From a virus: a stretch of DNA of 64,000 bases. Location of the stretch: the IMG/VR virus record IMGVR_UViG_3300025707_000004, one strand, 5' to 3'. A model generated the notes under the pieces. It was not told where the DNA came from. It did no database searches and was given only the letters and a program-made list of their open reading frames with translations. Shown piece by piece: positions 46,507-56,313 of this stretch; positions within the stretch are counted from its first letter, which is position 1, and the number at the start of each line of letters is the position of its first letter. The position numbers and the translations under genes were made by a program.

Positions 46507-46941
46507 CTAGTCCTCTCGGTTGATGCCGTCGCCTTCCGCTTCGTCCTCAGCGCTCACATGGAGTACCGCGATTTCCACCACGCTGGACGTGTCGACCTTT
46601 CCCCAAGCGGCGTCGAGGGCGACTTCGGCGGCGTGCTCCGCGGTCTTGGCTTGGACGACCACGTCCTCCGAGTGCCAGCCCTCGTGGCGCAGGATGTAGC
46701 AGAGCTGGACGTCCCAGTTGACTTTGTCGAGCGCCAGCTCTTCCTTGATTTCCTCCCACCGCTTCTCGGCGCGAATGAACAGGGTGTGCACCTCAGCGGT
46801 GGTGAGGTCCATGGACGCCGCGACCTCGGCGATGATGTCGGTGTCCGGCGCGATGGCCGCACGTAGCTCGGCGAGTAGGCGGGGGAATTGAACGTCGTTG
46901 TCTGCCCAGGCGGTGCTCGCGCCGGGCTTCTTCTTAGGCAT
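46507..46941 (-). CDS. Hypothetical phage protein
   Basis: AGGA RBS; QFPRLLAEL motif. Confidence 0.6.
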   Translation of the reverse strand: MPKKKPGASTAWADNDVQFPRLLAELRAAIAPDTDIIAEVAASMDLTTAEVHTLFIRAEKRWEEIKEELALDKVNWDVQLCYILRHEGWHSEDVVVQAKTAEHAAEVALDAAWGKVDTSSVVEIAVLHVSAEDEAEGDGINRED

Positions 46942-46978
46942 GGGTTATCCTGTGGGTGACTATCGGGAGTAATGGCAG

Positions 46979-47200
46979 ATGAGTGGCGATACTGAGGCTC
47001 TTCCGGTCGCAATGAAGAGAAAGGTCGTGCTCGGCTTCATGTCGGCATTCGGCCTGATTGTTTGGTGGGGTTGGGGCAACATGACTGAGGCGGCCACCCT
47101 GCGCGTTGAAAACGCTACGATGGGGCAACAGGTTGAGGTCTGCGCTGACATCCAGAAGCAGGCCGTGAAGCTCATCGTTAAGTTGAGGGAAACACCATGA
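46979..47200 (+). CDS. Small membrane protein
   Basis: One TM segment. Confidence 0.5.
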   Translation: MSGDTEALPVAMKRKVVLGFMSAFGLIVWWGWGNMTEAATLRVENATMGQQVEVCADIQKQAVKLIVKLRETP

Positions 47201-47562
47201 TTCGGCAAATTCTACTCGCCAGTCTCATCGTCTACGGGTCGCTGGGCATCTTCCTCTACACGACCACGCTAGGTGCCAAAGCCCAGCCAGCGCCGGTCGT
47301 CACGCCCGAGGCACCCATCATCGTGGAGGAGCCCGGTCGCGTGCGGGGCTTCCTGGAGATGCTCAAGACCAATGAGGGGCGTGCGGTGCTCTTGGTGAAG
47401 CTCGCTGAGCTGCGCGAGGCCACGCTCTTGATGGCCCCCTCCCCTCCCGCGCCGCCGGGCGAGGTGGATAAGCGTCAAGAGATGCTCAGGGAGGTGGACG
47501 AGCTGGAGAACTTGCTCCAGCAGTACCATCAGGTGGCGCCTGAGTCCAAGAAGGGCGGCTGA
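47197..47562 (+). CDS. Membrane-anchored/exported protein
   Basis: N-terminal TM; ATGA overlap. Confidence 0.55.
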   Translation: MIRQILLASLIVYGSLGIFLYTTTLGAKAQPAPVVTPEAPIIVEEPGRVRGFLEMLKTNEGRAVLLVKLAELREATLLMAPSPPAPPGEVDKRQEMLREVDELENLLQQYHQVAPESKKGG

Positions 47563-47565
47563 CCG

Positions 47566-47832
47566 CTAGGGGTCGCACTCGCTGGTGGCTTTGTTGCCGA
47601 GGTCTTCGTCGGCAATGCGCCGTAGCGCGGCAACGCTTCTGGAGACGATGGCACGTGCTTGGTGCGCGCCGGCTACGAGGTGCCGCGGCTTTGAAACAGG
47701 GCTCGTGGTTAGCAGCGAGATAACCACGCTGAGGTCGTTGCAGAGGTCGTTGAGCTTGTCCGAGCGGTGGGCCAGGAGTCGCCGCATACGGGTCTCGCTG
47801 TAGTCCCGCTCTACTACGTAGTCACTCTTCAT
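47566..47832 (-). CDS. Hypothetical protein
   Basis: ORF. Confidence 0.45.
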   Translation of the reverse strand: MKSDYVVERDYSETRMRRLLAHRSDKLNDLCNDLSVVISLLTTSPVSKPRHLVAGAHQARAIVSRSVAALRRIADEDLGNKATSECDP

Positions 47833-47835
47833 TGG

Positions 47836-48153
47836 TCATCCGGTGTAGTGGGTGAGTTCGATTGCGCGGCGCAGCTGGGTTAAGCCGTACCACTCGGGGA
47901 AGACGAACTTGAACTTGCCTTGAAGGATGCGTTGGCCGTCAACCATGGTTTCCCATGAGCCAGCGTCGTCCCTGCACCACACGGTGAGGTGTGCGTGGTG
48001 GGTGCCTCCGCGGAACGACAGGGCGCCGTCTTTGCGGAGGGAGGGCTCTATGGGCCAAGGCCAGTCGAGGAGGAGGAAGACACGCCAAGCGGTGAGGTAG
48101 ACCGCAGTCTCCGCACCAGCTTCACGGAAGGGCACGGGACTGAGCATGTGCAC
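47836..48153 (-). CDS. Hypothetical protein
   Basis: AAGGA RBS. Confidence 0.5.
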   Translation of the reverse strand: MHMLSPVPFREAGAETAVYLTAWRVFLLLDWPWPIEPSLRKDGALSFRGGTHHAHLTVWCRDDAGSWETMVDGQRILQGKFKFVFPEWYGLTQLRRAIELTHYTG

Positions 48154-48167
48154 GGGCGGTTCCTTGT

Positions 48168-49628
48168 TTAGGGAGCGGGGTCGTACTCGATGTGAAGCCG
48201 GGGTGCGTGCTTGTGCTCCTTGCCGACCTCACCGTTGGTGGAGACTGCGAGGCGCAAGCCACCAGCCTCCACAGAGCTAATGATGAACGACATGGCGTTG
48301 CCCGGCTTCCACCCGGGGGCGTCCACACGGGCCTGCACCAATGCCGAGATGTCGGCGCTTCGCTGGTCCTCTGGCGGGGCTCGGGTCTGCCAAATCCCAG
48401 GCACCCACTCGATGGCTTCCGCGGTCTTCACCCTGCCGCTGATGTTGTCGCGGTCTCGACTGAAAACGGCGGAGTTCGGAACGGCTTCACCATGGATAGC
48501 CATCTTCATCGGCTTGTTGGGCTCACCAGTGCTGAACTGGATATACGCCTTGGCGATCTTGACCCCAGCCGGAATCGGAAGCCGGCGGAAGCGAATCCCG
48601 ATGTACTGGTTGAACTGCTTGTCCTGCGTCAGCTCCAAGTCGCTGCTGCCGAGGGACATACGACCACTGCGCTCCTCAGCATCGTCACGACCCGCGGCTA
48701 CCCGGATGTCGAGGACCACGGTGTCGACACGCCACTCCTTGTAGAGCATGAGAGCGAAGCCGTTGGCGTTGCTGTCGTCACAGAGGACGAGGAGGTTACC
48801 CATGATGGCGATGCACTCCAGGTTGCCCCCCTTCGGCGAAGCCCAAGTGCGGAGCGAGTCGAACGTGCCGTTGGTCGACTTGAGGCTCACCTCCTCCAGT
48901 GAGTTCCCGCCGACGTTGTGCCAGACGTAGAGCTTGCCGCTTGAGCGATTGAACTCCAGACCCGATGACTCACGGGTGTTGGTGCCGTACGCACCGATGA
49001 AGCTGACCACGTCGCTGTCGACACCAAGGTCAAATGCGTAGACCTTGCCCCCGTTCTGGTGAGCAACGAGCATCAAGCCGCCCATGCCGTTGCTCGACTT
49101 GGGGAACGCCGTGCCGTCAGGCTTCGTGAAGCCGGACTTGGCGAGCCACTCATCAGGGACGAAAGCGATGCCCTCAGGACCAGCTCCGTTGTACGCCGGC
49201 ACAAACGGGCGGATGTTCCACTGGTGCAGCAGCTTCACGTCCCCGTATTGGGACGTGTCGTACTTGCGGATGAGGTGCTCCCGCTCCGCCATGATGTAGA
49301 CGCTGTTCTCGTTGTAGTCGACCTGGGTGATGCCCTCGCAGTCACCACCAGACTTCCAGTAGGCCCGCGCCTCGTCCTGGTAGTCGACGACATACGAGCC
49401 CTCACCGTCTGGGACCATGGCGACGAATTGGCCGCCATTGTCGGCAACCCATAAGCGCTTGGTGACCGGGTTGAAGTGCGCGCCCGACACGTCGCTACCG
49501 AAGCCGTCGTCGAGTTCGGTGAGGTTGGTAGAGGTCTCCCACGTCTCAGCGGGCCAGGGGTCCCCGCTCGCGGTTCCGACCAAGAGGCCAAAGGTCAGCA
49601 GGGTCATGATTGCGGTTTTCATCGTCAC
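48168..49628 (-). CDS. Secreted protein: YjiK/SdiA-regulated-like beta-propeller plus C-terminal beta-sandwich
   Basis: Signal peptide; repeated EGI/SGL blades; DDAEE..SSDLEL..GIRF..IP.G domain. Confidence 0.7.
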   Translation of the reverse strand: MTMKTAIMTLLTFGLLVGTASGDPWPAETWETSTNLTELDDGFGSDVSGAHFNPVTKRLWVADNGGQFVAMVPDGEGSYVVDYQDEARAYWKSGGDCEGITQVDYNENSVYIMAEREHLIRKYDTSQYGDVKLLHQWNIRPFVPAYNGAGPEGIAFVPDEWLAKSGFTKPDGTAFPKSSNGMGGLMLVAHQNGGKVYAFDLGVDSDVVSFIGAYGTNTRESSGLEFNRSSGKLYVWHNVGGNSLEEVSLKSTNGTFDSLRTWASPKGGNLECIAIMGNLLVLCDDSNANGFALMLYKEWRVDTVVLDIRVAAGRDDAEERSGRMSLGSSDLELTQDKQFNQYIGIRFRRLPIPAGVKIAKAYIQFSTGEPNKPMKMAIHGEAVPNSAVFSRDRDNISGRVKTAEAIEWVPGIWQTRAPPEDQRSADISALVQARVDAPGWKPGNAMSFIISSVEAGGLRLAVSTNGEVGKEHKHAPRLHIEYDPAP

Positions 49629-49895
49629 TCCGTATCCGTTAGCGGCCCCGATTCGGGCTTCACGGACACGGTATCACTCGTCTTCGGCTTCGGTGACTGT
49701 CACTTCGATGCTGATTGGCCCAAGGGGCACTTCTCGGTGCCCTTCGAGCCACGTACGTGCCGTTCCAAGCGAACCCCCAGTTCAGACGCCGGAGCTGCCT
49801 CTTGTTGATGGCTAGCTTGTTCCCAGCTTCCGCAGCCGCAGCCCTCTTACCGATGGTGGCGTCCCAGTTGAGGATTTCTTCTTCTTCGGCGTCGT

Positions 49896-50252
49896 TCATG
49901 GCTCACCTAGTAGGGTGCCTTTGTAGGCAATGGCTTTACCGAGCAGCTCAGGGATGTCCACCAGGGTGGCTTCGGTCAGCTCAAGGGTCTCTTGGCCATC
50001 GTCTTCCTCTGAGGGTGTCTGGACGATGGCGATTAGGGTCAGTGCGCCGTTGTCCTCCCGGTCAATCCAGACGATGCAGTCCAACGGGCCTTTGTACTCG
50101 TAGAAGCTCTGGGTGCGCCCGGGGACGAGCCCCTCGCTGAAGAGCCACTCTTCCTTCTCCCAGTTGTGGATGTTTAGGACCATCTCGGCGCGAGCGATGG
50201 CCACGGGGGTTCTCATTGGCGGGTCTTCCCACCCAAGTCTCGGCAGCTTCAC
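49896..50252 (-). CDS. Hypothetical protein
   Basis: Coupled ORF. Confidence 0.5.
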   Translation of the reverse strand: MKLPRLGWEDPPMRTPVAIARAEMVLNIHNWEKEEWLFSEGLVPGRTQSFYEYKGPLDCIVWIDREDNGALTLIAIVQTPSEEDDGQETLELTEATLVDIPELLGKAIAYKGTLLGEP

Positions 50253-50414
50253 TAGCTGTCCCTTTCTAGGTCCCGTAACACGTCTTCGACATCGTCGTCA
50301 CTGCGTGGGTCAACGGGGATGGCCCCGAAGGTTACGAGGTGCGGCTCTGCCCACTCAGGGAATGGGGGCAGGCCGCGTCTTTGAGGGAGTTTGATGTCCT
50401 TACTCATGGCTTTC

Positions 50415-50918
50415 CTAGCGGTAGTGGGTGCAAGCCGCCCCATCGGCGTTGTCGTTCATGCTGGCATCCGCGTTTTCCCGCACCTCAGCGCAGGCGGTTG
50501 CGCCCACCTTTGTGGCATGGATGCAGACCTGATTGTTCAGGTTGGGGTTCTCGTGGCGCCGCATGTCGCAGACCCGCCAGTCCTTGTGGTTTCGGATGGG
50601 GTCCCAGCTGCAGCGAACGACGTAGAAGCGCTCACCCTTGTGCTCGTCCTCAGCCTCCCGCTCGCGCCACCAGTCGGACACGAAGTCGCGGGCTTCTTGG
50701 ATTGTGCCGCACTCGTCGGCTATTCCACGGGACAGGAAGAACATGTCGTCTTCATGGCCCACGAAGGCAAGGGGCCATACGTGGCTGGGCTCGCCGTCAG
50801 CAGTGCAGTCTACGATGGGCGTGGAGAAGGCTTGGCCCCCTGAGCCTGTCATGGGAATCGTGGCGGGGCCGCCCCGGAGGGTGGCCGAGTTGGCGTAAAC
50901 GAGGTAGGTCTCTTTCAT
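50415..50918 (-). CDS. Hypothetical protein
   Basis: ATGA coupling. Confidence 0.55.
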   Translation of the reverse strand: MKETYLVYANSATLRGGPATIPMTGSGGQAFSTPIVDCTADGEPSHVWPLAFVGHEDDMFFLSRGIADECGTIQEARDFVSDWWREREAEDEHKGERFYVVRCSWDPIRNHKDWRVCDMRRHENPNLNNQVCIHATKVGATACAEVRENADASMNDNADGAACTHYR

Positions 50919-51190
50919 GTCTCGTCCTCGTCAGGCGCAAGGCGCAGCAGAGGGGTCTCGGTGGCGCGGCACAGAATCCAGCCGCTCTCGGCGGCCTCAT
51001 CGGTTGCCCCGAAGGTGTCCAAACCCTCGATGGCCTTTTCTTTCGAGGCGAAGAGGCCCACGAAGGGGTGCTCGTGCTTGTGCGGGTTGCGCCAGGGGTA
51101 GAGGAGACGGTCTTCGCCGTCGACATGCACGAGTTCGCGCCAGACGTAGTGGGTTTCGGGCTCGGAGAGGTTGTCGGTGGCTTGCTTCAT
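50915..51190 (-). CDS. Hypothetical protein
   Basis: AGGAG RBS. Confidence 0.55.
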   Translation of the reverse strand: MKQATDNLSEPETHYVWRELVHVDGEDRLLYPWRNPHKHEHPFVGLFASKEKAIEGLDTFGATDEAAESGWILCRATETPLLRLAPDEDET

Positions 51191-51197
51191 GGGGCTC

Positions 51198-51266
51198 CTA
51201 GATATCGATGTGGTATTCGGCGCACGCTACGGCTCGACGTGCGAATACGAGGTCAGGGTCAGTCAT
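51198..51266 (-). CDS. 22-aa micro-ORF ending EYHIDI
   Basis: MTDPDLVFARRAVACAEYHIDI; ATGA overlap with the upstream stop. Confidence 0.45.
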   Translation of the reverse strand: MTDPDLVFARRAVACAEYHIDI

Positions 51267-51568
51267 CCCGGCATCCCCCCGATGGACCCAGAAGGCCCTC
51301 CCCCTCCATCCCAGCAGTTACCGCAGTAGCCCCCGCTGATGGCGGGTTGGCCGCATGAGCAGGCAGGGGCGCTGCTGGCTTGAGGGAGGTAGCCGCCGGC
51401 AAGGCACGTTTCGTACAGGAGGTGCAGACGGCCATCCGACCCTGCCCTGCTCCGCAAGTACACGCCAATCCGCGCTGCCACGATGCCCAAGTCGGGGTCG
51501 GAATGACCCACGCTCCGCCTGATGGTGCGGAGGGCGGTCAGCATCTCTTCAGGTGTCGGTTTACTCAT
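51263..51568 (-). CDS. Small Cys-rich protein
   Basis: CSCG...YCGNC. Confidence 0.5.
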   Translation of the reverse strand: MSKPTPEEMLTALRTIRRSVGHSDPDLGIVAARIGVYLRSRAGSDGRLHLLYETCLAGGYLPQASSAPACSCGQPAISGGYCGNCWDGGGGPSGSIGGMPG

Positions 51569-52041
51569 CGAACCGTCACGACATGCGACGACAGCGCAGC
51601 TCGCCAATAAGCCACGGTGTCCTCTGGCACGGTGCCGCCAATCTGGTTGTAAGCGAACTTGTAGACGGTGCTCGCCATTTCGTCCATGCCGCACAGAGCG
51701 AGGCACCGAATCACCCTCGTGATTCGGAGATGGTTGTGGTCGTACTCGTTGACCCACTCATGCGAGTTCTCCAGGAAGGAGAGGAAGCGCCCGGTGAGCA
51801 TGATGAGGCGAGCCTGCATGAGCGGATTGCTCTTCATCTCGTCGTAGAAGTCATCTGCGGCGGCAGGGCTGGCGGGCACAGCACGGCTGGGCTCGGGAAT
51901 AGGGAACGCCCACTGAATGTGGTTGTGGTTGCGCTCCCACCAATCGTCGCTGTTGGTGAAGTAGATGGGGAGGCCGCGGTCTGCACCGTCGAAGCCGTTG
52001 TCTTGCCAGAAATCGAGTAGGTTTCTGTCGTCGTCAGTCAT
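51565..52041 (-). CDS. OGFr (opioid growth factor receptor) conserved-domain protein
   Basis: HNHIQWAFP..EPS and HNHLRITRVIRCL; AAGGAG RBS. Confidence 0.8.
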   Translation of the reverse strand: MTDDDRNLLDFWQDNGFDGADRGLPIYFTNSDDWWERNHNHIQWAFPIPEPSRAVPASPAAADDFYDEMKSNPLMQARLIMLTGRFLSFLENSHEWVNEYDHNHLRITRVIRCLALCGMDEMASTVYKFAYNQIGGTVPEDTVAYWRAALSSHVVTVR

Positions 52042-52070
52042 GGGTTTGTTCTCCTTGCCGTTATTAGCGG

Positions 52071-52352
52071 CTAATAGTCGACATGCATCTCTTCGGGCTT
52101 GGGGCGAGGCCACGGCTTGGGGCCGGCGTCGATGCGGACGTGGTCGTAGCCGCACTCGCCGCGACAGGTAAGTACCCCGAGGTCGGAGAGCGACACAGTG
52201 CCGGCCTCGCAGAGCGGGCATTCGTCTCCGTGGTCGCAGGCTATGAAGGCGGTGTAGAGGCGTTGAGAGACGGTGGCGTTGTCGGGGCCCCCGATGAAGG
52301 GAAACAACTCTTCTTCACCGTCGTCGTAGGGGATTCGACCATCGTCGTCCAT
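52071..52352 (-). CDS. Zn-ribbon protein ending EMHVDY
   Basis: CPLC and CRGEC; C-terminal tag. Confidence 0.6.
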   Translation of the reverse strand: MDDDGRIPYDDGEEELFPFIGGPDNATVSQRLYTAFIACDHGDECPLCEAGTVSLSDLGVLTCRGECGYDHVRIDAGPKPWPRPKPEEMHVDY

Positions 52353-52511
52353 GAGGGAGGCTCCTGGTGTGGCTGTGCGGGAGTTATACCCTGACGGGCT
52401 CGTAGGGCTTATGCCTAAAAGGGGCGCGCGTTTGCGGGGGGCTAAGAAGAAAGGGCGGTGTTCCCACCACCCCTCTCCCTAGGCACTATGTCCCGAGTTA
52501 GCAGCGATTAG

Positions 52512-52994
52512 TTAGTTTTCGTCGAACTGCAACCAGATGGCTGCAGCCTCTCCTGCGGCCGTCAGCACCGCGCCCGGGGGGCACGGGTGGACGACCAGCA
52601 TCCGGCCCACCACTGCACGGAGCAGCGGGCGTGCATCGAAGTCCCCGTGCAGGTCGGCCTGCACGGAGTGGAGGAGCGCGCTGGCCTCCTCGGCATTCGT
52701 CACGCCCGCTTCACAGCGGGCACGCAGGTCGGCCTTGCGGTCGGCCGTCCTCTTCTCCGCCGCCGCCCCCTTCGCCGCCTCTTCTGCCTCCCACGCCGCC
52801 AAAGCGACGCCCTCGGGGCCGCCCAGCCACTCGGCCAGGGCGGCCTCGGCCGCCTCTCCCCCCTGCTGCGCGGCCCGCTCCAGGCGGCCTCGCTCCTGTC
52901 CTGCGTGAAGGCGGTTGAACGCCTTCGCCTGCGCCGCGTTTCGGCGCTTCTCGTCCGCCATCTCGGCGGCTACCTTGGGGTCTTCCCAATGCAT
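52512..52994 (-). CDS. Ala-rich helical hypothetical protein
   Basis: AAGGAG RBS downstream of the promoter motif at 53035. Confidence 0.6.
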   Translation of the reverse strand: MHWEDPKVAAEMADEKRRNAAQAKAFNRLHAGQERGRLERAAQQGGEAAEAALAEWLGGPEGVALAAWEAEEAAKGAAAEKRTADRKADLRARCEAGVTNAEEASALLHSVQADLHGDFDARPLLRAVVGRMLVVHPCPPGAVLTAAGEAAAIWLQFDEN

Positions 52995-53377
52995 GTCGAA
53001 CTCCTTCGGTTAAGTAGGTTGTCTGTCCATAGTTCTTATCCCCAAAACGGCCACGTGTTTTGCATTATTAGCGGCTAATAATGGGGCGGAAATACCAGCC
53101 CCCGCTCCCCACACCTATGCAGCGTGTAGCACCGCTGCTGAGACGTTAGAGCGCCTCAAGGTGTGGGGGACGGGAAGCTCCCCTTAGCTCAGGGCGCATG
53201 TCATACCCTGAGCCTCTGCACGTTATATTTAGGAACGGGAGGGGTTACTCCGAGACCCGGAAAGTCCTCGTAGCGCAGTAGGCGGTGTTATGCCTACCTT
53301 GGACCAGCGCGGGGAGGTCAGCACGTACAGGCACTGTACTGGGGACAATTCGCCAGCGGCGGGTCCGTCCCATCTGA

Positions 53378-53602
53378 TTACTCGTCGAAATGCATCTCTT
53401 GGTCTGCGGGCTCTGTGGCCAAGACGACCGGCTCGTACCCGCCTTGTAGCCAACTCTTGATCTTGAGGTCGACGGTGTCCTTCCCCCCGCCACCCGCGGA
53501 AATGAGGGGAAGGACGTCATCCCGTAGCACCTGGGTGCGCTCTCGCACCAGGAACTCGTCCATGAACTTCGCCCATTCGGGGAAGTTGCTGCCGTAAGCC
53601 AT
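53378..53602 (-). CDS. Hypothetical protein ending EMHFDE
   Basis: ORF with tag variant. Confidence 0.55.
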   Translation of the reverse strand: MAYGSNFPEWAKFMDEFLVRERTQVLRDDVLPLISAGGGGKDTVDLKIKSWLQGGYEPVVLATEPADQEMHFDE

Positions 53603-53605
53603 GAC

Positions 53606-54991
53606 CTACTCCAAGACTCGGGTTGAGGGAATGTACGGCGAGCCATCAGGCCCCCGCAGGTGCCGTTTGACGCGGACGGTCTTGAAGGCAATCCACTCAT
53701 CACCCTCCCGAGGACCAATACCACGATTGGCACGGCTCTCGGCTTGGAGCATTTCCTGGACGTACTCGGGGAGGTGCCCATCGGTGATGAGCGCGTACTC
53801 CAGCTCCACCAGCCGCGCTCGCTTCGCACTGTCGAGGTTGGCCAGTTTCCCGCGGCGGATGAAGAGCCGCTCGTGGGCAGACACCGAGTGCTGGTAGATG
53901 AGTTCGCCGCGGTCGGGTCCCTCACCACTGCCTTCGCTGTCTGCCCAGCCGTAGTCCGCCGCTTGGGCTACCCCTGGGAGAGGGGAGAGTGCGGTAGAGA
54001 CACTCACCCGGTAGAAGGGCTTCGGCATCGTCCGGGGACACACCGGTCGCTTCTTCCACGCACGCCTCTCACGCAACGACGCCCGCGTCTTTACCACTTC
54101 GCCCCGGCGGTAGTAGATGCGCTGGAGGAGCGAATAGACGGCGAGGCAGAGTATCGGGCTTTTGCGTGACCACTCGCCATCTCGGAAGATGGACACTACC
54201 CGGACGGTCAGCACCCCCATCGAAGCGCGCTCACCGACGAGGGCCAACGCTACCACGCTGTTCTCGTTGACGACAAAGCCACAGATGCTCATCAGGGCGT
54301 GGTCAAAGCTCTCGGCGTGTTCGACCGAAGCCGCCCGGCGAAGAGCCCCGCAGAGCAGGGGACTCGGAAGCGTGTCCATCAGCATCCACTCCGAGGTCTC
54401 TGAGGGGCCGAGCAGCTGGAAGACGAGAGGCTTCTCCGTTGTGATGAACATCGACGGCGCCGCGAGCGGAGGAATGCCGTCGATGTCGTCGAGCACCTTC
54501 TGAGCCTTGTTGTAGATGGCCCAGATGTGGTCAGTCCACTGCTGGGTGGAGGTCATCGTGTCCCACGCACCTGACGTGAAGATGTAGCGACCAATACCGT
54601 CGAAGAGGTCATCGAGCCCGGCACCAAGAGCATCCACGGGGACCTCGTACAAGTCGGCCGCCACGAGCGCGGCGCGGATGGCCTCAGGCAGCCCACTCCG
54701 CTCAGTGAGCGGTTGCAGGCTGTCGAGGTCCAGGTCTAGGCCGCTCAAGATAGCGTGTGCCCACATCAGGCGGTCGACGGCGGTGCTGTTGGGGTGGACG
54801 ATGGCCGGCAGGTGCTCAGGGGTGATGTAGGTTTCCGCGCCGTCGTCCCCGACGATGCGGGAGGCAACCAGGGTCATGGCCGTATCGACATAGTTGTTCT
54901 CGTGAAACCTCGGCCACTTACGGTCGTCCTCGGCATGCGTCGTGATGACGCGCTTGTTTCGGCCGGCGCCGACAATCCTAGTGCTGGACAT
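53606..54991 (-). CDS. Hypothetical phage protein
   Basis: 461 aa; C-terminal HSVSAHER...HLRGP motif. Confidence 0.65.
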   Translation of the reverse strand: MSSTRIVGAGRNKRVITTHAEDDRKWPRFHENNYVDTAMTLVASRIVGDDGAETYITPEHLPAIVHPNSTAVDRLMWAHAILSGLDLDLDSLQPLTERSGLPEAIRAALVAADLYEVPVDALGAGLDDLFDGIGRYIFTSGAWDTMTSTQQWTDHIWAIYNKAQKVLDDIDGIPPLAAPSMFITTEKPLVFQLLGPSETSEWMLMDTLPSPLLCGALRRAASVEHAESFDHALMSICGFVVNENSVVALALVGERASMGVLTVRVVSIFRDGEWSRKSPILCLAVYSLLQRIYYRRGEVVKTRASLRERRAWKKRPVCPRTMPKPFYRVSVSTALSPLPGVAQAADYGWADSEGSGEGPDRGELIYQHSVSAHERLFIRRGKLANLDSAKRARLVELEYALITDGHLPEYVQEMLQAESRANRGIGPREGDEWIAFKTVRVKRHLRGPDGSPYIPSTRVLE

Positions 54992-55033
54992 GGTTACTTT
55001 CCCTTCGCTTCAGTGGTTAGTGGTTGCGGGAGG

Positions 55034-55504
55034 CTATGCGGCCACCGCGTACTTGAGAGTGCGACCAGCCAGCAAGAGCGGGCGAGCCACATCGTCGAGG
55101 TCTTGGACCAGGACTTGCCCCAGGCCAGTTGAGACGAGTGTACGCGCCACGCTGAGGGTCGAGGGAGCGATGTACGCCCCGATGTGCGAGCGGATGAGTC
55201 GCTCCTTCAGCGTCCGGATAGCCGTACTTGCCCACGGCGGAAGGCCGATGGTGAAGGTGGTCATCGCGTCAGGGTCCCCATCGGGCAGGTTCGGGAGCCG
55301 CCCCATGAGGGCCAGTAGCCCCTCGGTGCTGAACCGGTGGTCGCCAGCCGCCAGCAGAAACCGCAGGAACGTCGCATCGGCGATGTTCTTCCGGCGGTCA
55401 TTCACTGGGGGTGGGCAGTAGACCGACTCGACGAAGCCGGGGCGGGCGGTGTAGTAGGCGTGGTAGAGCGCCCCGTCCAGGCGGATGTTGATCTTGGCGG
55501 ACAT
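55034..55504 (-). CDS. Tandem RHH-like paralog
   Basis: AAGGAG RBS; FTIGLP..AIRTLK..VARTLVSTGL. Confidence 0.5.
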   Translation of the reverse strand: MSAKINIRLDGALYHAYYTARPGFVESVYCPPPVNDRRKNIADATFLRFLLAAGDHRFSTEGLLALMGRLPNLPDGDPDAMTTFTIGLPPWASTAIRTLKERLIRSHIGAYIAPSTLSVARTLVSTGLGQVLVQDLDDVARPLLLAGRTLKYAVAA

Positions 55505-55524
55505 GGAATCTCCTTGTTTGGCGG

Positions 55525-55860
55525 CTAATCGCCGGTCTTGGCCGTAGCCAGCGCGGAGGAGAGGGTCTCCTTGTTCGCCTGCATGTGGCTGAGGTTGCAG
55601 ACGGGCCGCTTCGACCCGCGGGTCTCCGCGATGATGAAGGAGCCCCACGGGATGCCGGAAAATGACGTGTTGCGAAGCGAAGCCACGACCAGCTCGCCGT
55701 GAGACTCGTCGTTGTCGTACGTCTTCTTGTCTTCAGGGCGGAGCATGGCCCAGATGCCTTCGCCGTTGGGGTCGCCGGTGCTGTTGAGGTTGACCTTGAT
55801 GAGTTCGCCGCCGTCGAAGTCCTCGAACTCCACGTCTTGGCCGTTATAGGTCAGGTGCAT
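55525..55860 (-). CDS. Hypothetical protein
   Basis: AGGAG RBS; GEGIWA. Confidence 0.6.
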   Translation of the reverse strand: MHLTYNGQDVEFEDFDGGELIKVNLNSTGDPNGEGIWAMLRPEDKKTYDNDESHGELVVASLRNTSFSGIPWGSFIIAETRGSKRPVCNLSHMQANKETLSSALATAKTGD

Positions 55861-55896
55861 GCGCTGTTCTCCTGGTTTCTGTGGTGTTTGAAGCCC

Positions 55897-56310
55897 CTAC
55901 ACGTCCGAAGGCATGCCGAGGTCTGGGTGCCGCTTCAAAAGGCGTATGGCCTCTTTGCGCTCGTTGAGCCGGCGCTGCTCCTTCTCTTCCTCCTTCCTTT
56001 TTCTGATGGCCTGTTTCTCAGCCTCATGGGCAGCCGCGCAGAACGCCACCATGTCGTCGAGTGTCATGTGCAGCTCATTCAAGCTGACGGTGAGGTAGGA
56101 CAGGCTGGCATCACGGTCAATGGGGCAGAAGGTCAGCTCGATGTGGCTGTCCCCTTCTGGCACCCAGGAGCTGAGTTCCAGGCCGTAACCCCACTGACGC
56201 GTAGCGGGGTGTTTGCTGCAGATGAGCCTCGACGCGAACGCTCGGAGGAAGTCGTTGAGTTCATCGGCGCTGGCGACAGCAGCTGCGAGTTGCTTGGGGG
56301 TCATGTTCAC
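55897..56310 (-). CDS. Hypothetical protein
   Basis: AAGGAG RBS. Confidence 0.55.
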   Translation of the reverse strand: MNMTPKQLAAAVASADELNDFLRAFASRLICSKHPATRQWGYGLELSSWVPEGDSHIELTFCPIDRDASLSYLTVSLNELHMTLDDMVAFCAAAHEAEKQAIRKRKEEEKEQRRLNERKEAIRLLKRHPDLGMPSDV

Positions 56311-56313
56311 TCC

